Assembly (NCBI RefSeq): GCF_963921235.1
Contig: NC_086097.1
Location: 207,826,001-207,890,000 of the forward strand
Reading direction: 5' to 3'
Origin: Mobula hypostoma
Lineage: Eukaryota
DNA: 64,000 nucleotides
The notes under the pieces are model-generated. The model made no database searches and was not told where the DNA came from. It saw nothing but the letters and a program-made list of their open reading frames with translations. Of the stretch, positions 47,798 to 60,805 are shown piece after piece. The stretch's first letter is position 1; the number at the start of each line of letters is the position of its first letter. A program made the translations under genes and the position numbers.

Positions 47798-49243
47798 AGA
47801 GAACATAGAAATCTACTGCACATTACAGGCCCTTCGGCCCACAATATTGTGCGGACCATGTAACCTACTCTAGAAACTACCTAGAATTTCCCCACCACAT
47901 AGGCCTCTATTTTCCTAAGCTCCATGTACCTATCTAAGAAGCTCTTAAAAGACTCTATTGTATCCACTTACACTGTCACTGCTGGCAGTGCATTCCACAC
48001 ACCCACTATGGAAAAACTTGACCCTGACATCCCCTCAGTAACTATTTCTAAGCACCTTAAAACTATGCCCCCTTGTATTAGCCATTTCAGCCCTGGGGAA
48101 AAAGCCCTTGGTTATCCATATCACCTTATACAGCTCTATTAGGTCACCTCTCATCCTTCATTGCTCCAAGGACAAAAGGCCAAGTTCACTCATCCTAAAG
48201 ATACGCCCTCTAATCCAGGCAACATCCTTGTAAATCTCCTCTGCGCTCTTTCTATAGTATCCACATACTTCCTGTAATGAGGTGACCAAAAATGAACAGA
48301 GTACTCCAAGTGGAGTCTGACCACGGTCTTGATTAGTTCTAATATTACCTCACAACTCTTGAACTCAATCCCACTACACCATATGCCTTCTTAACAATAC
48401 TGTCCAGGGACATGGATCCCAAGATCTCTCCGGTCCTCCACACTATCAAGAGTCATACCATTTATATTATATTGTCTTCAAATTTGACCTACCAAAATGA
48501 ACCATTTCACATTTATCTGGGTTGAAGACCATCTGCCACTTCTCAGCCCAGTTCTGTATCCTATTGAAGTTCTGCTGTAATCTCTGGCAACCCTTCAAAG
48601 TATCCACCACACCCCCCAACCTTTGTCATCAGCAAACTTACTAACCCACCCTTTTACTACTTCATCCAGGTCATTTATAAAAATCACAGAGGAGTGGTCC
48701 AAGAACAGATCCCTGCGGAACATCTCTGGTCACTGAATTCCTGGTAGAATACGAACAACCTGCAACCACACTTTGCCTTCTGTGGGCAAGCCAGTTCTGG
48801 ATCCACAAAGCAAGGTCACTTTGGATTCCATGCCTCCTTACATTCTGAAGGAGCCTTGCATGGGGAACCTTGTCAAATGCCTTACTGAAATCCATATATA
48901 CTACATCCACTGCTCTACCTTCATCAATATGTTTTAATGAGGCTCGTAAGGCTTGACCTGCCCTTGACAAAGCCATGCTGACTATCCCTAATCAGGTTAT
49001 GTCTCTCCGAATGCTCATAAATTCTGCCCCTCAGGATCTTCAACAACTTGCCCACCACTGAAGTCAGACTCACTGGCCTATAATTTCCTAGGTTATCTCT
49101 ACTCTCTTTGTTGAACAAGGGAACAACACTTACAACTTTCCAATCCTCCAGTACTTCTCCCATGCCTATTGATGATGCAAAGATCATTGCAAGGGACTCG
49201 GCAATCTCCTCCCTCACTTCCCACAGTAGCCTAGGGTATATTT
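47798..49243 (-). mobile_element. CR1 LINE fragment
   Basis: ORFs 48924-49334 and 48671-48976 carry RT motifs. (ACATAGAA) tail at the left end. Confidence 0.9.
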
Positions 49244-49359
49244 CGCTATCTTGCTGACCCTCCTCATCATAGTCTAAACAATGACTGGGTTTCAAATAGC
49301 ACAGTGAAGGATCATCATCTCCAAAACACAACAAAGTCTGCAGTCAATCTTTCAGCCCA

Positions 49360-49460
49360 AGATCTGATGAAGGGTCTTGGCCCGAAATGTCAACTGGTTA
49401 CTCTTTTCCATAGATGCTGCCTGACCTGCTGAGTTCCTCCAGCACTTTGTGAGCGTTGCT
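49360..49460 (+). repeat. Penelope-like terminal repeat fragment with hammerhead core
   Basis: CTGATGA-AGGGTCTTGGCCC-GAAA (49364-49387), then atagatgctgcctgacctgctgagttcctccagca. Confidence 0.65.
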
Positions 49461-49984
49461 CAAAATACACTGACTGGCTTTAATAGTTTGCTAGTTCTAA
49501 AATCTTTCATCAATTTTAATTGTTACTGATATTTAGGAATATTTCAAATAGTTTTGTTTTACATTTTTAAAATATTTAAATAGTTGAAATTACCTTTCTA
49601 TTTTTTTAAATCTTCTTTTCTGTCATCGAGATCTATAATTTAACCTACAATTGAAATTATTGGTGTTCAGGATTCTGATGATGATGCTCATCCCAGGAAT
49701 TAGTTTTTCGTATGGAGTCCAGCATTAGGATGAACTGCCAGATTTGGTCTTGGGAACCAAAATGATGCACTTTACAAAATGTAGCTGCTTTGGTTTTAAC
49801 AACTTCAATTACCCCACTCCAGCCTGTAATATTTTGAAGCCAGTTGTGACCGCTGAGCTGTCAGATAAGAGAACTTAAATTTTCCACCCAAATGTATTTA
49901 TTCTTAATACTGTAGGATATCAACTGCTCCTCTCTTTGAAATGGACTCCACATGCCCATGTCAGATAGTAAACATGGTAAATTA

Positions 49985-50515
49985 CATTGGTTTATTATTG
50001 TCACTTGCACCAAGAGAATGGAAAATCTTAGTTTTGCATGCCAGCCATACAGGTTACTTCATCACATTGTGTTGAGCTAGATTGTGAGGTTGAGAGTCCA
50101 TCTTATTGTGCAGTCTTCTCACAGCAGAGTAGAAGCTGTCCTTGAGCATGGTGCTATGTGTCTTCAGGCCTCTGAATCTTCAGTCCGGTGAGGGGGGAGA
50201 GTGAGATTCCAGGTTGGGGGGTTTATTTACTAAAGCAATGAGAAGTGTAGACACTCCATTGGAAGAGAAGCTAGTATCAGTGATGTGCTGAGCAGTGTCT
50301 ATAACGCTGCAAGTTTTTGGACTGGTGCTGTTGCTTGTCTGTGGTGCCTATGTGGTTGGATCAGTACAGGCAGTTAGTGATATTCAATCCTAGGACTTGA
50401 AGCTCTCAACCTTCTTGACCTCAGCACTATTGATGTAAGTTGGAATGCGTATACTACCCCCTTTCTGTTGTTAATGGCCAGCTCTTTTGTTTTGCTGACA
50501 TTGAGAGAAAGGATG
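49985..50515 (-). mobile_element. Rex/Babar 3' fragment, old
   Basis: LSLNVSKTKELAI motif; tail ggtttattattgtcac. Confidence 0.6.
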
Positions 50516-50517
50516 CT

Positions 50518-50910
50518 GTTAGAAGAATGCGAGGGCATCTCGTTGAAACCTACTGAAGGTTGAAAGGACTGGATAAGGTGGATGTGGAGAGGATGCTTCC
50601 TCTGGTGGGGGTATCTAGAACTAGAGGGCACAGCCTCAAAACTGAGGGGTGATCTTTTAGAACAGAGGTAAGGAAGGTTTTTTTAATATAGTCAAAGAGT
50701 GGTAAATCTGTGGAATACTCAGCCACAGACTGCAGTGGAGGCCAAGTCCGTGGGTATATTCAAAGTGGAAGTTGATAGTTTCCTGATTAGTCAGGGCATC
50801 AAGGGATATGGTAAGAGGGTTGACTAGGATCCTGGATCAGCCATGATGACATGGTGGAGTGGACTTGATGGGCTGATTGGCCTAATTCTGCTCCTATGTT
50901 CTATGGCTAT
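50518..50910 (+). mobile_element. CR1 3' fragment
   Basis: agaagaatgcgaggg..agaactagagggcacagcctc..ctgctcctatgttctatgg. Confidence 0.85.
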
Positions 50911-51029
50911 GACACCGTGCCACTAAGCACTCTATCTCCTTCAATCTACTCTGACAATGGTAGGAATATCATTTGTTTTAAATTTAATTACTTCATTGGA
51001 AAAGGAGGATGTGCATTAAAATGTAAGTT

Positions 51030-52323
51030 GCATTAGACAGACACAGCATGGATTCAGAAAGGGCAGGTCTTTTTTGACAAACTTACTGGAGTTCTGTGAA
51101 GACATCATGAGTGCAGTGGATAGGGGAGAACAGGTGGATGTCGTATACTTGGATTTCCAGAAGGTGTTCGATAAGGTGCCGCACAAGAGACTTATAAATA
51201 AGATACAGATGCATGGAGTCGGAAGAAGTATATTGGCATGGATAGTGGATTGGTTAACTAATAGAAGGCAGAAAGTTAGTATAAATGGGTGTTTCTCTGG
51301 TTGGCAGTCTGTGGTGAGTGGGGTGCTGGGCCCACAGTTGTTTACCATTTACATAGATGATTTGGAAGAGGGGTCTGAGTGTAGCGTAGCAAAAGTTGCT
51401 GATGACACTAAACTGAATGGAAAAGCAAATTGTGCAGAGGAGGTGAAGAGTCTGCAGAAGGATAAAGATGGGTTAAGTGAGTGGGCCAAGGTCTGGCAGA
51501 TGGAATACAATGTTCATAAATGTGAGATCATGCACTTTGGAAGGAATAATAGAAGAGCAGATTATTAAATGGTGAAAGATTGCAGCATGCTGTTGTGCAG
51601 AGGGACTTGGGAGTACTTGTGCATGAACTGCAAAAAGTTGGCTTGCAGGTGCAACAGGTTATTAAGAAGGCAAAGAGAATGTTGACCTTCATTGCTAGAG
51701 GGATTGAATTCAAGAGCAGGGAGGTCATGCTGCAACTATACAGGGTACTGGTGAGGCCACACCTGGAGTACTGTGTGCAGTTCTGGTCTCCATACTTGAA
51801 GGATATACTGGCTTTGGAGGCAGTGCAGAGGAGGTTCACCAGGCTGATTCCAGGGATGAAGGGGTTAATCTATGACGAGAGATTGAGTCGCCTGGGACTA
51901 TACTCTCCGGAGTTCAGAAGAATGAGAGGAGCTCTTATAGAAACAACATACAAAATTTTGAAAGAGAGAGATAATAAGATAGAAGTAGGAAAGTTGTTTC
52001 CATTGGTAGGTGAGACTAGAACTAGGGGACATTGACTTAAGATTCAGGGGAGAAGATTTAGGACGGAGATGAGAAACTACTTTTCCCAGAGTGGTGAATC
52101 TGTGGAATTCTCTGCCCAGGGAAGCAGTTGAGGCTTCTTCACTAAATATATTTAAGAAACAGTTAGATGGGTTTTCACATAGTAAGGGAATTAAGGGTTG
52201 TGGGGAAAAGGCAAGTAGATGAAGCTGAGTTTATGGACAGATCAGCCATGATCTTATTGAATGGTGGGGCAGGCTCAATGGGCCAGATGGCCTACTCCTG
52301 CTCCTATTTCTTATGTTCTTATG
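51030..52323 (+). mobile_element. CR1 LINE 3' portion
   Basis: ORFs 51074-51568 and 51580-52035 carry RT motifs. Tail tcttatgttcttatg. Confidence 0.92.
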
Positions 52324-52981
52324 TAACTCATGGGGTCAAAAAAGGGTGCTACAAAGGAGAAATGAAAAATATAAAACTTGAAGAACTCTTATCTTTCTAT
52401 TATTCCCTTACGAGTTTCTGTTCTAAGCAATATACCTGAAAATAGAAATGAGTTAATTGTACTCATTTTCTGTTTAGATCAAAACTATTCCACCATGTAC
52501 AAGAATACTGAAGGTAGAAAATTAAATATATATCAGAAACATTTCCAGTAAGCAAAACTAAAACATGTACGTTTTGTTCTAAAGCAGCCAAGTAGAAAAT
52601 AAGAGCTCCTTAAGGAACATAATAGATTTGAATTAAATGGAATCATGTTTGCTATTCTGTAAGTTTTAATTTAAAAAAATGTCATTACTTATTGCAGATA
52701 TGCATTCAACTACAGCACATTGCAAATTAGGGGCCAATTATCTTGGACTGTTGGAAAATAGCATGTAGTGATATTTCCCCCTTGTATTCAAAGGGTATTG
52801 ATTACATGATGCAAGCTTAGAGTAAACCTTTTAAGGATTCAATAGGTGCTTCATTTATGCTATTGAGAGACCCAGCAGATCTGAAAAATGGGAAGCCTTG
52901 CTATGAGAGCAGATGAAACTGACTCCAATTAGAACTTATGTAATGCCTTGCAACATAATCTATAATAAACAGTGCAGTGTT

Positions 52982-55339
52982 AGAACATACAACATAGAAT
53001 AGTACAGCACAGTTCAGGCCCTTTGGCCCACAATGTTGTGCTGACCCTCAAACCCTGCCTCCCATATAAGCCCTCACCTTAAATTCCTCCATATACCTGT
53101 CCAGTAGTCTCTTAAATTTCACTAGTGTATCTGCCTCCACCACTGACTCAGGCAGTGCATTCCACGCACCAACCACTCTCTGAAGAAAAAACCTTCCTCT
53201 AATATCCCCCTTGAACTTCCCACCCCTTACCTTAAAGCCATGTCCTCTTGCATTGAGCAGTGGTGCCCTGGGGAAGAGGTGCTGGATATCCACTCTATCT
53301 ATTCCTCTTATTATCTTGTACACCTCTATCATGTCTCCTCTCATCCTCCTTCTCTCCAAAGAGTAAAGCCCTAGCTCCCTTAATCTCTGATCATAATGCA
53401 TACTCTCTAAACCAGGCAGCATCCTGGTAAATCTCTTCTGTACCCTTTCCAATGCTTCCACATCCTTCCTATTGTGAGGCAACCAGAACTGGACACAGTT
53501 CTCCAAGTGTGGCCTAACCAGAGTTTTATAGAGCTGCATCATTACATCGCAACTCTTAAACTCTATCCCTCGACTTATGAAAGCTAACACCCCATAAGCT
53601 TTCTTAACTATCCTATCTACTTGTGAGGCAATTTCAGGGATCTGTGGACATGTACCCCCAGATCCCTCTGCTCCTCCACACTACCAAGTATCCTGCCATT
53701 TACTTTGTACTCTGCTTTGGAGTCTGTCCTTCCAAAGTGTACCACCTCACACTTCTCTGGGTTGAACTCCATCTGCCACTTCTCAGCCCACTTCTGCATC
53801 CTATCAATGTCTCTCTGCAATCTTTGACAATCCTCTACACTATCTACAACACCACCAACCTTTGTGTCATCTGCAAACTTGCCAACCCACCCTTCTACCC
53901 CCACATTCAGGTCGTTAATAAAAATCATGACAAGTAGATGTCCCAGAACAGATCCTTGTGGGACACCACTAGTCACAACCCTCCAAACTGAATGTACTCC
54001 CTCCACCACGACCCTCTGCTTTCTGCAGACAAGCCAATTCTGAATCCACCTGGCCAAACTTCCCTAGATCCCATGCCTTCTGACTTTCTGAATAAGCCTA
54101 CCGTGTGGAACCTTTTCAAATGCCTTACTAAAATCCATCTAGATCACATCCACTGCACTACCCTCATCTATATGCCTGGTTACCTCCTCAAAGAACTCTA
54201 TCAGGCTTGTTAAACATGATCTGCCCTTCACAAAGCCATGCTGACTGTCCCTGATCAGACCATGATTCTCTAAATGCCCAGAGATCCTATCTGTAAGAAT
54301 CTTTTCCAACAGCTTTCCCACCACAGACGTAAAGCTCACTGGTCTATAATTACCCAGACTATCCCTACTACCTTTTTTGAACAAGGGGACAATATTCGCC
54401 TCCCTCCAATCCTCTGGTACCATTCCCATGGACAAAGAGGACATAAAGATCCTGGCCACAGGCTCAGCAATCTCTTCTCTCACCTTGTGGAGCAGCCTGA
54501 GGAATATTCCATCAGGCCCCGGGGACTATCAACATGTTCCAGAATATCAACCTCACTCATATTGTCCTCACCATCATCAAGTTCCCTCTCATTGGTGAAT
54601 ACCGAAGAGAAGTATTCATTGAGGACCTCGCTCACTTCCACAGCCTCCAGGCACATCTTCCCACCTTTATCTCTAATCGGTCCTACCTTCACTCCTGTCA
54701 TCCTTTTTTCTTCACATAATTGAAGAATGCCTTGGGGTTTTCCTTTACCCTACTCGCCAAGGCCTTCTCATGCCCCCTTCTTGCTCTTCTTAGCCCCTTC
54801 TTAAGCTCCTTTCTTGTTTCCCTACATTCCTCAATAGACCCATCTGATCCTTGCTTCCTAAACCTCATGTATGCTGCCTTCTTCCACCTGACTAGATTTT
54901 CCACCTCACTTGTCACCCATGGTTCCTTCACCCTACCATTCTTTATCTTCCTCACCGGGACAAATTTATCCCTAACATCCTGCAAGAGATCTCTAAGCAT
55001 CGACCACATGTCCATAGTACTTTTCCCTGCAAAAACATCATCCCAATTCACACCTGCAAGTTCTAGCCTTATAGCCTCATAATTTGCCCTTCCCCAATTA
55101 AAAATTTTCCTGTCCTCTCTTCTATCCTTTTCCATGATAATGTTAAAGGCCAAGGAGCGGTGGTCACTGTCCCCCCAGATGCTCACCCACTGAGAGATCT
55201 GGAACCTGACCCGGTCCATTACCTAGTACTAGATCTAGTATGGTATTCCCCCTAGTTGGCCTGTCAACATACTGTGACAGGAATCCATCCTGGACACACT
55301 TAACAAACTGTGCCCCATCTGAACCCTTGGAACTAATCA
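52982..55339 (-). mobile_element. CR1 LINE (APE end and RT), frameshifted
   Basis: ORFs 54698-55219, 54480-54701, 54139-54483, 53617-54057 and 53048-53590. Tail agaacatacaacatagaa. Confidence 0.93.
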
Positions 55340-57049
55340 ACTTTTCACCCTTTATTACTCATGAAGTTTCAACCTTTATTTGCTAGATGTAATCTTGGTA
55401 CCTGGAATGTTTTGAATGGTGCTATATACTTGAGTTACACGATTCAATTAAAAAAGTGTTGTAATACAGGGGACAGTTCCATCAAGATCAGTTCAAACTT
55501 GTAATGTTTTGGGCTGCCAAAACGCCTTTTTGTTTACAAATATAACAATGGTGTTGTGTTTTTGCTGTTCACTACTGCTTTTGTATACGGGTCAGACTTG
55601 TGTGGAATCATCATATTCTGTTTTTATTAAACATTCTTGCTTTTGATCTCTTTTTCAAATGCTGTCATTTTCAGAGGTCGACATTCAAAGTATGAAAACA
55701 CTCAGATATTGTATGAGCTTTGTGATTCCTAAATTCACCTCCATGTAAAAGTAATATATTCAATACTGCAAAATCAAAATGTACTGCTGGGGGAAAATGA
55801 AAAATTAAATGATGGTTCCAGTGGTAAGATGACACAAAATTGTGGCTGATTATATAAATGTTAGGTATTTTCCTGTTTCACACTGTTATTAACTTGATGT
55901 ATTTTTAGTTTGGTGTTCCAAAAGAAATGTTTCATCAACTTGAAAATTTCCCTCTGCTCATTGTTGAAACTTCATGTGTAATTAATGTAATTGTAAATAT
56001 AGCACCAAGTTACAGATGTAAGTTTGCTGAGACTGTAGCAGAAAAAAATGGATCCTGACCTTAGCATTAATAGGTGGTGTCTCTGGTGTCGAGTTTCCTT
56101 TAAAGAAATCTGTTAATGTTTTTAGAGACACACTGATATATCTAATTATATTTGTTAGTTGGGTTAGCATATTCACTGATATTTTATTCTTCTGGCACAG
56201 AATGTTTAAATTCACTTAGTTTACTCTGAATATTGTTACGTGATGTAGAATTCTAAAGATGTGCAGTACAGTCATTCATAGAGCTAATTTGGGGAATGAG
56301 GAAGGGTGAAAGGTTGATAAAGATGGTAGATAGCATCAACATCATTCCCATCTTTAGTGAGATATAAACCAGATGTCCAAATGTTAATCTGTCCAGTTGT
56401 TGGCCATTTATTCTCTTCGACTCTTACATGTAATCATCTCAAAACAGTATATTCTTTAGTGTTTTAGAAATTACAAAACATAATGTTGCACAAACACTTG
56501 TAGCAAAGCACTCTGGTACAGTACAGTTTCCATTTTGTTACAGACACGTATTCTTATGTGTACATTTCCACACATAAGAATAGATAGTTCATTTCAAACT
56601 TGTAAGAGATTGGTTTATGAAAACCTCATTAGAACTAGGTGCTACAGGGTGTGGCATTCTCATTCAAAGTTCTCAGAATGTATATCCAGTATTGATTTGC
56701 ATTGCAAAAATGGCTGGAATATTTTTGTAATGTCCTCCTTTGAAATGTGGAAACTTACTAAATATGATTTGTTTTATAGACCTATCAGTCTTGGCTTTTA
56801 AATCCAAGTTGCACAATATTTTGACATTGTGTTAAAATTTTAAATTTCCATAACCTTTTATCATTATTTGCTAGATGTAATCTTGGTACCTGGAATGTGT
56901 TTTGAATGGTGTTATATACTTGAGTTGCATGAATCAATTAAAAAATAATGGAAAATTCAAGATTGCTACTTCTGGTAGCACAAACCCACCCATGTTCCTT
57001 CTAAGGAATTCAGAGATGGACAGTAGCACTCAATGATATAGAGACACAA

Positions 57050-57615
57050 GCACAAGATGCTGGAATCTAGAACAACAATCTTATGGGAGGAATTCAGTGG
57101 GTCGAGCAGCAGTGGGGTAAACTGGGAAAGATTTGTCAATATTTTGTATTAAAACCCTGCAATGGGCTGGCTTAGGTGGTAGAGCAGTGGATACAAAAAG
57201 TGAGACCATTTGGAGTGATGGTGAATTGAAAGCATATACCTGTGATCCTGATTGGGACCAAACTGGGAGGCTTGGAAACTGAGCTGGAAATCATTTGGAT
57301 GGGTGATTGTAGTGAAAAGAAGCACTGAGAAAGGACATGCAGCTGTAGTAGTGAGTCTTGGAAAACATGTAGTCAAAGAGGCAAAGAGCAATCCCAAATG
57401 GTCTCATGGAACTCCCAGCAGAGAGAAGAGGAAAACTTCATGGAAGTCAGCATCACCTGAAGAGACTTCAGTGAAGGAGTACAACGGAACCACAAGAGAC
57501 TCTAGATGCTGGAATCTGGATCAACACACTGTCTGATGCAGGGTTTGGACTTAAAATGGTAAAAAGTCCTTTCCTCCTATAGATGCTGCTTGATCCACTG
57601 AGTTCCAGCAGGTTG
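57050..57615. repeat. Penelope-like terminal repeats, inverted pair
   Basis: gatgctggaatct..ggaattcagtgggtcgagcagca versus tgctgcttgatccactgagttcc. Confidence 0.5.
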
Positions 57616-57871
57616 TTTGTCTGGAAACCACCTGCAAAGTGTTCAGTTATGTGTGCAAGACCACCAGTAAAGAGCAGGTCTTTAAGACATTTCTACAGAT
57701 TGTAAAAGCATAATTGGAGGACCACGGGCTCAGCAAACCGGGACTTCACACACTGGGTCTTCCACAAAGCTTGCTGTCTTCTCCCAGCACTATATATTGG
57801 GGAATTTATATCTTGGAATTCCATGTTTAACCACTCTGGGTTCCACTCCAGAGGTTTAGTACTATTACATA

Positions 57872-58745
57872 GTCATAATGTCATAGAAAACTACAGCACA
57901 GAAATGGGCCTTTTGGCCCATTTAATCATATCGAACCATTCAAGCTGCTTACTCCCATCAATCTGCAATGAGATCATGGCCCTCCCTACCTCTACCTTCC
58001 ATGTACCTATCCAAACTTCTCAAAAGTTGAAATCGAGTTTTCATGCATAACTTGCACTGGCAACTCATTCCACACACACGACCTTCTGAGTGAAGAAGCT
58101 TCTCCCCCACCCCATCCCCCCATGTTCCCCTTAAACTTTTCACATTTCACTCTTAACCCATGACCTCTAATTGTAGTTCCACCCAGCCTCTGTGGAAAAA
58201 GCCTACTTGCATTTACCCTATCCATGCTCATAATTTTGTTAACCTCTATCAAATCTCCCCTCAGTCATCTACTTTCTAAGGGATAAAGTCCTAATGTATC
58301 TAATCTTTCCTTGTATCTCTGGTTATAAGGAAATACAAATTTTGTGACATATGCCAGTGATATAAAATCTAATTCTGATTCAGGTCCTCCTGATCTGGCA
58401 ACGTCCTTGTACATTTTCTCTGTACTCTTTCAACCTTATCTACATTTTTCCTGTAGGTAGGTGACCAAAAGTGTACACATTTCTCCAAATTAGGTGTTGT
58501 ACAACTTCAATACAACATCCCATTTCCTGTACTCAGTACTTTGATTTATGAAAGCCAATGTGCCAAAAGCTTTATTATGACCCTATTGACCTGAGCCACC
58601 ACTTCGAATGAATTATGGACCTGTATTCCCAGATTCCTTTGTTCTTCCACATTCCTCATTAGGTCTTATTCGGTATAAGACCTACCCTCACTGGTCCTAC
58701 CAAAGTGCAACACCTCACGCTTGTCTGCATTAAATTCCATCTGTC
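57872..58745 (-). mobile_element. CR1 3' portion, degraded
   Basis: gtcatagaaaactacagcacag tail; ORF 58007-58252 (RGHGLRVK). Confidence 0.85.
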
Positions 58746-59844
58746 ATTTGTCCTTTAACGTTGTTTAACTAGTGCAGTTTGAATCTTTATAAAGTGTTCA
58801 ACCTGCCACTACAGGGAATACTTGGGGCAACTAATATTTTTGTGCATCTTTGATTTGGGACAAACTTTTCCAGAAATTGAATTTCTCTAAATTCAATTTC
58901 TCAACATCTGCTGGACATTAATGCACAATCAGATCCCTGTAAAAACTTGGTGCTCCTACATGTGGATTCAACCTCCTGCACAACTGCTTGTTCTGCTTCA
59001 GTCCTGTGCCGAGTGCAAGATGACCACAAGGAACGGATGGCAGAGATGAGTACAGTGACAGAGGCTGGAGTCAGCGAGGGAACATAAGGTTTCAGTCACT
59101 CTGAGCACTGTAAACCAAGGCTGGCAGATGCTGTGTGTAAGTTATCAATTTCAAAGTAGAGACAGTTTAATTGACGACTCAGTGAACATAATGTGCTCCT
59201 ATTTCATTTATAAGCTTTCAATGAAGGTCATGATGGGTACCCAGATGTTCCAATTTATGTTGCCAAGGGAGCGAATGGACACTATTACCTTAGTCATTTT
59301 GTACTCAATTGACATTGGAAAATGTAAGTCATGTTAATATGAATTAAGTGCAAAACTGTGCACCAAAATTTCCCAATAAGCATAGCATCAGGCACTTGGA
59401 AGTGATCATAAACACAGTTTACATTGCTTTTATGTGTGATTTGTGCTTTAAAATGTGCACTAATTTGACCAATGTCTAGTCTGCTGTTCTTCTCATTATT
59501 TTGTGTCAATACGTGACCCTGATGAAACAGTGGAGCATTAAGTTGTGGCTGTTCTACAGAAATGCAATGCTGTCATAGACAATGAGACTTCCATCTCTCA
59601 AAATCTCATTTGGTCCATTAAAACCATAAGACACATGAGCAGAATTAGGCCATTTGGCCCATCGAGTCTGCTCTGCCATTTCATCACAGCTGATCCATTT
59701 TGCCTCTCAGCCCCAATCTCCATTTAAGTCCATTTCAAACACCAAAAGAAAATCTCATCAGTCCTGTTTGTCCTTTTATTTTTTTTTTTTCCCCCCTCTG
59801 GTACTGCATCTTAATCTCTCACACATGCTACAACTGTTTAATAC

Positions 59845-60805
59845 TCATAGTCATACTTTATTGATCCTGGGGGAAATTGGCCCCCACTACAGCTGCACCA
59901 TAAATAACTAAATAGTAATAAAACCATAAATAGTCAAATAGTAATATGTAAATTATGCCAGGAAATAAGTCCAGGACCAGCCCACTGGCCCAGGGTGTCC
60001 GACCCTCCAAGGGAGGAGTTGTAAACTTTGATGGCCACAGGCAGGAATGACTTCCTATGATGCTCTGTGTTGCATCTCAGTGGAATGAGTCTCTGGCTGA
60101 ATGTACCCCTGTGCCCTACCAGTACATTATGTAGTGGATGGGAGACATTGTCCAAGATGGCATGCAACTTGGACAGCATCCTCTTTTCAGACACCACCAT
60201 CAGAGAGTCCAGTTCCATCCCCACAACATCACTGGCCTTACGAATGAGTTTTTTGATTCTGTTGGTGTCTGCTACCCTCAGCCTGCTGCCCCAGCACACA
60301 ACAGCAAACATGATCGCACTGGCCACCACAGACTCGTAGAACATCCTCAGCATCGTCCGGCAGATGTTAAAGGACCTCAGTCTCCTCAGGAAATAGAGCT
60401 GGCCCTGATCTTTCTTGTAGACAGCCTCAGTGTTCTTTGACCAGTCCAGTTTATTGTCAATTCGTATCCCCAGGTATTTGTAATCCTCCACCATGTCCAC
60501 ACTGACCCCCGGATGGAAAGAGGGGTCACCGGTGCCTTAGCCCTCCTCAGGTCCACCACCAGCTCCTTAGTCTTTTTCACATTAAGCTGCAGATAATTCT
60601 GCTCACACCATGTGACAAAGATTCCTACCGTAGCCCTGTACTCAGCCTCATCTCCCTTGCTGATGCATCCAACTATGGCAGAGTCATCAGAAAACTTCTG
60701 AAGATGACAAGACTCTGTCCAGTAGTTGAAGTCCGAGGTGTAAATGGTGAAGAGAAAGGGAGACAAGACAGTCCCCTGTGGAGCCCCAGTGCTGCTGATC
60801 ACTCT
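59845..60805 (-). mobile_element. Rex1/Babar LINE, 5'-truncated, young family
   Basis: ORFs 60386-60802 (GAPQGTVLSPFLF..KFSDD) and 59934-60500. Same family as 495-1295 and 20892-21611. Confidence 0.9.

Noticed and set aside
38950..55339. Large inverted repeat (38950-40077 versus 52982-54150)
   Set aside because: Explained by two independent insertions of one abundant CR1 subfamily.
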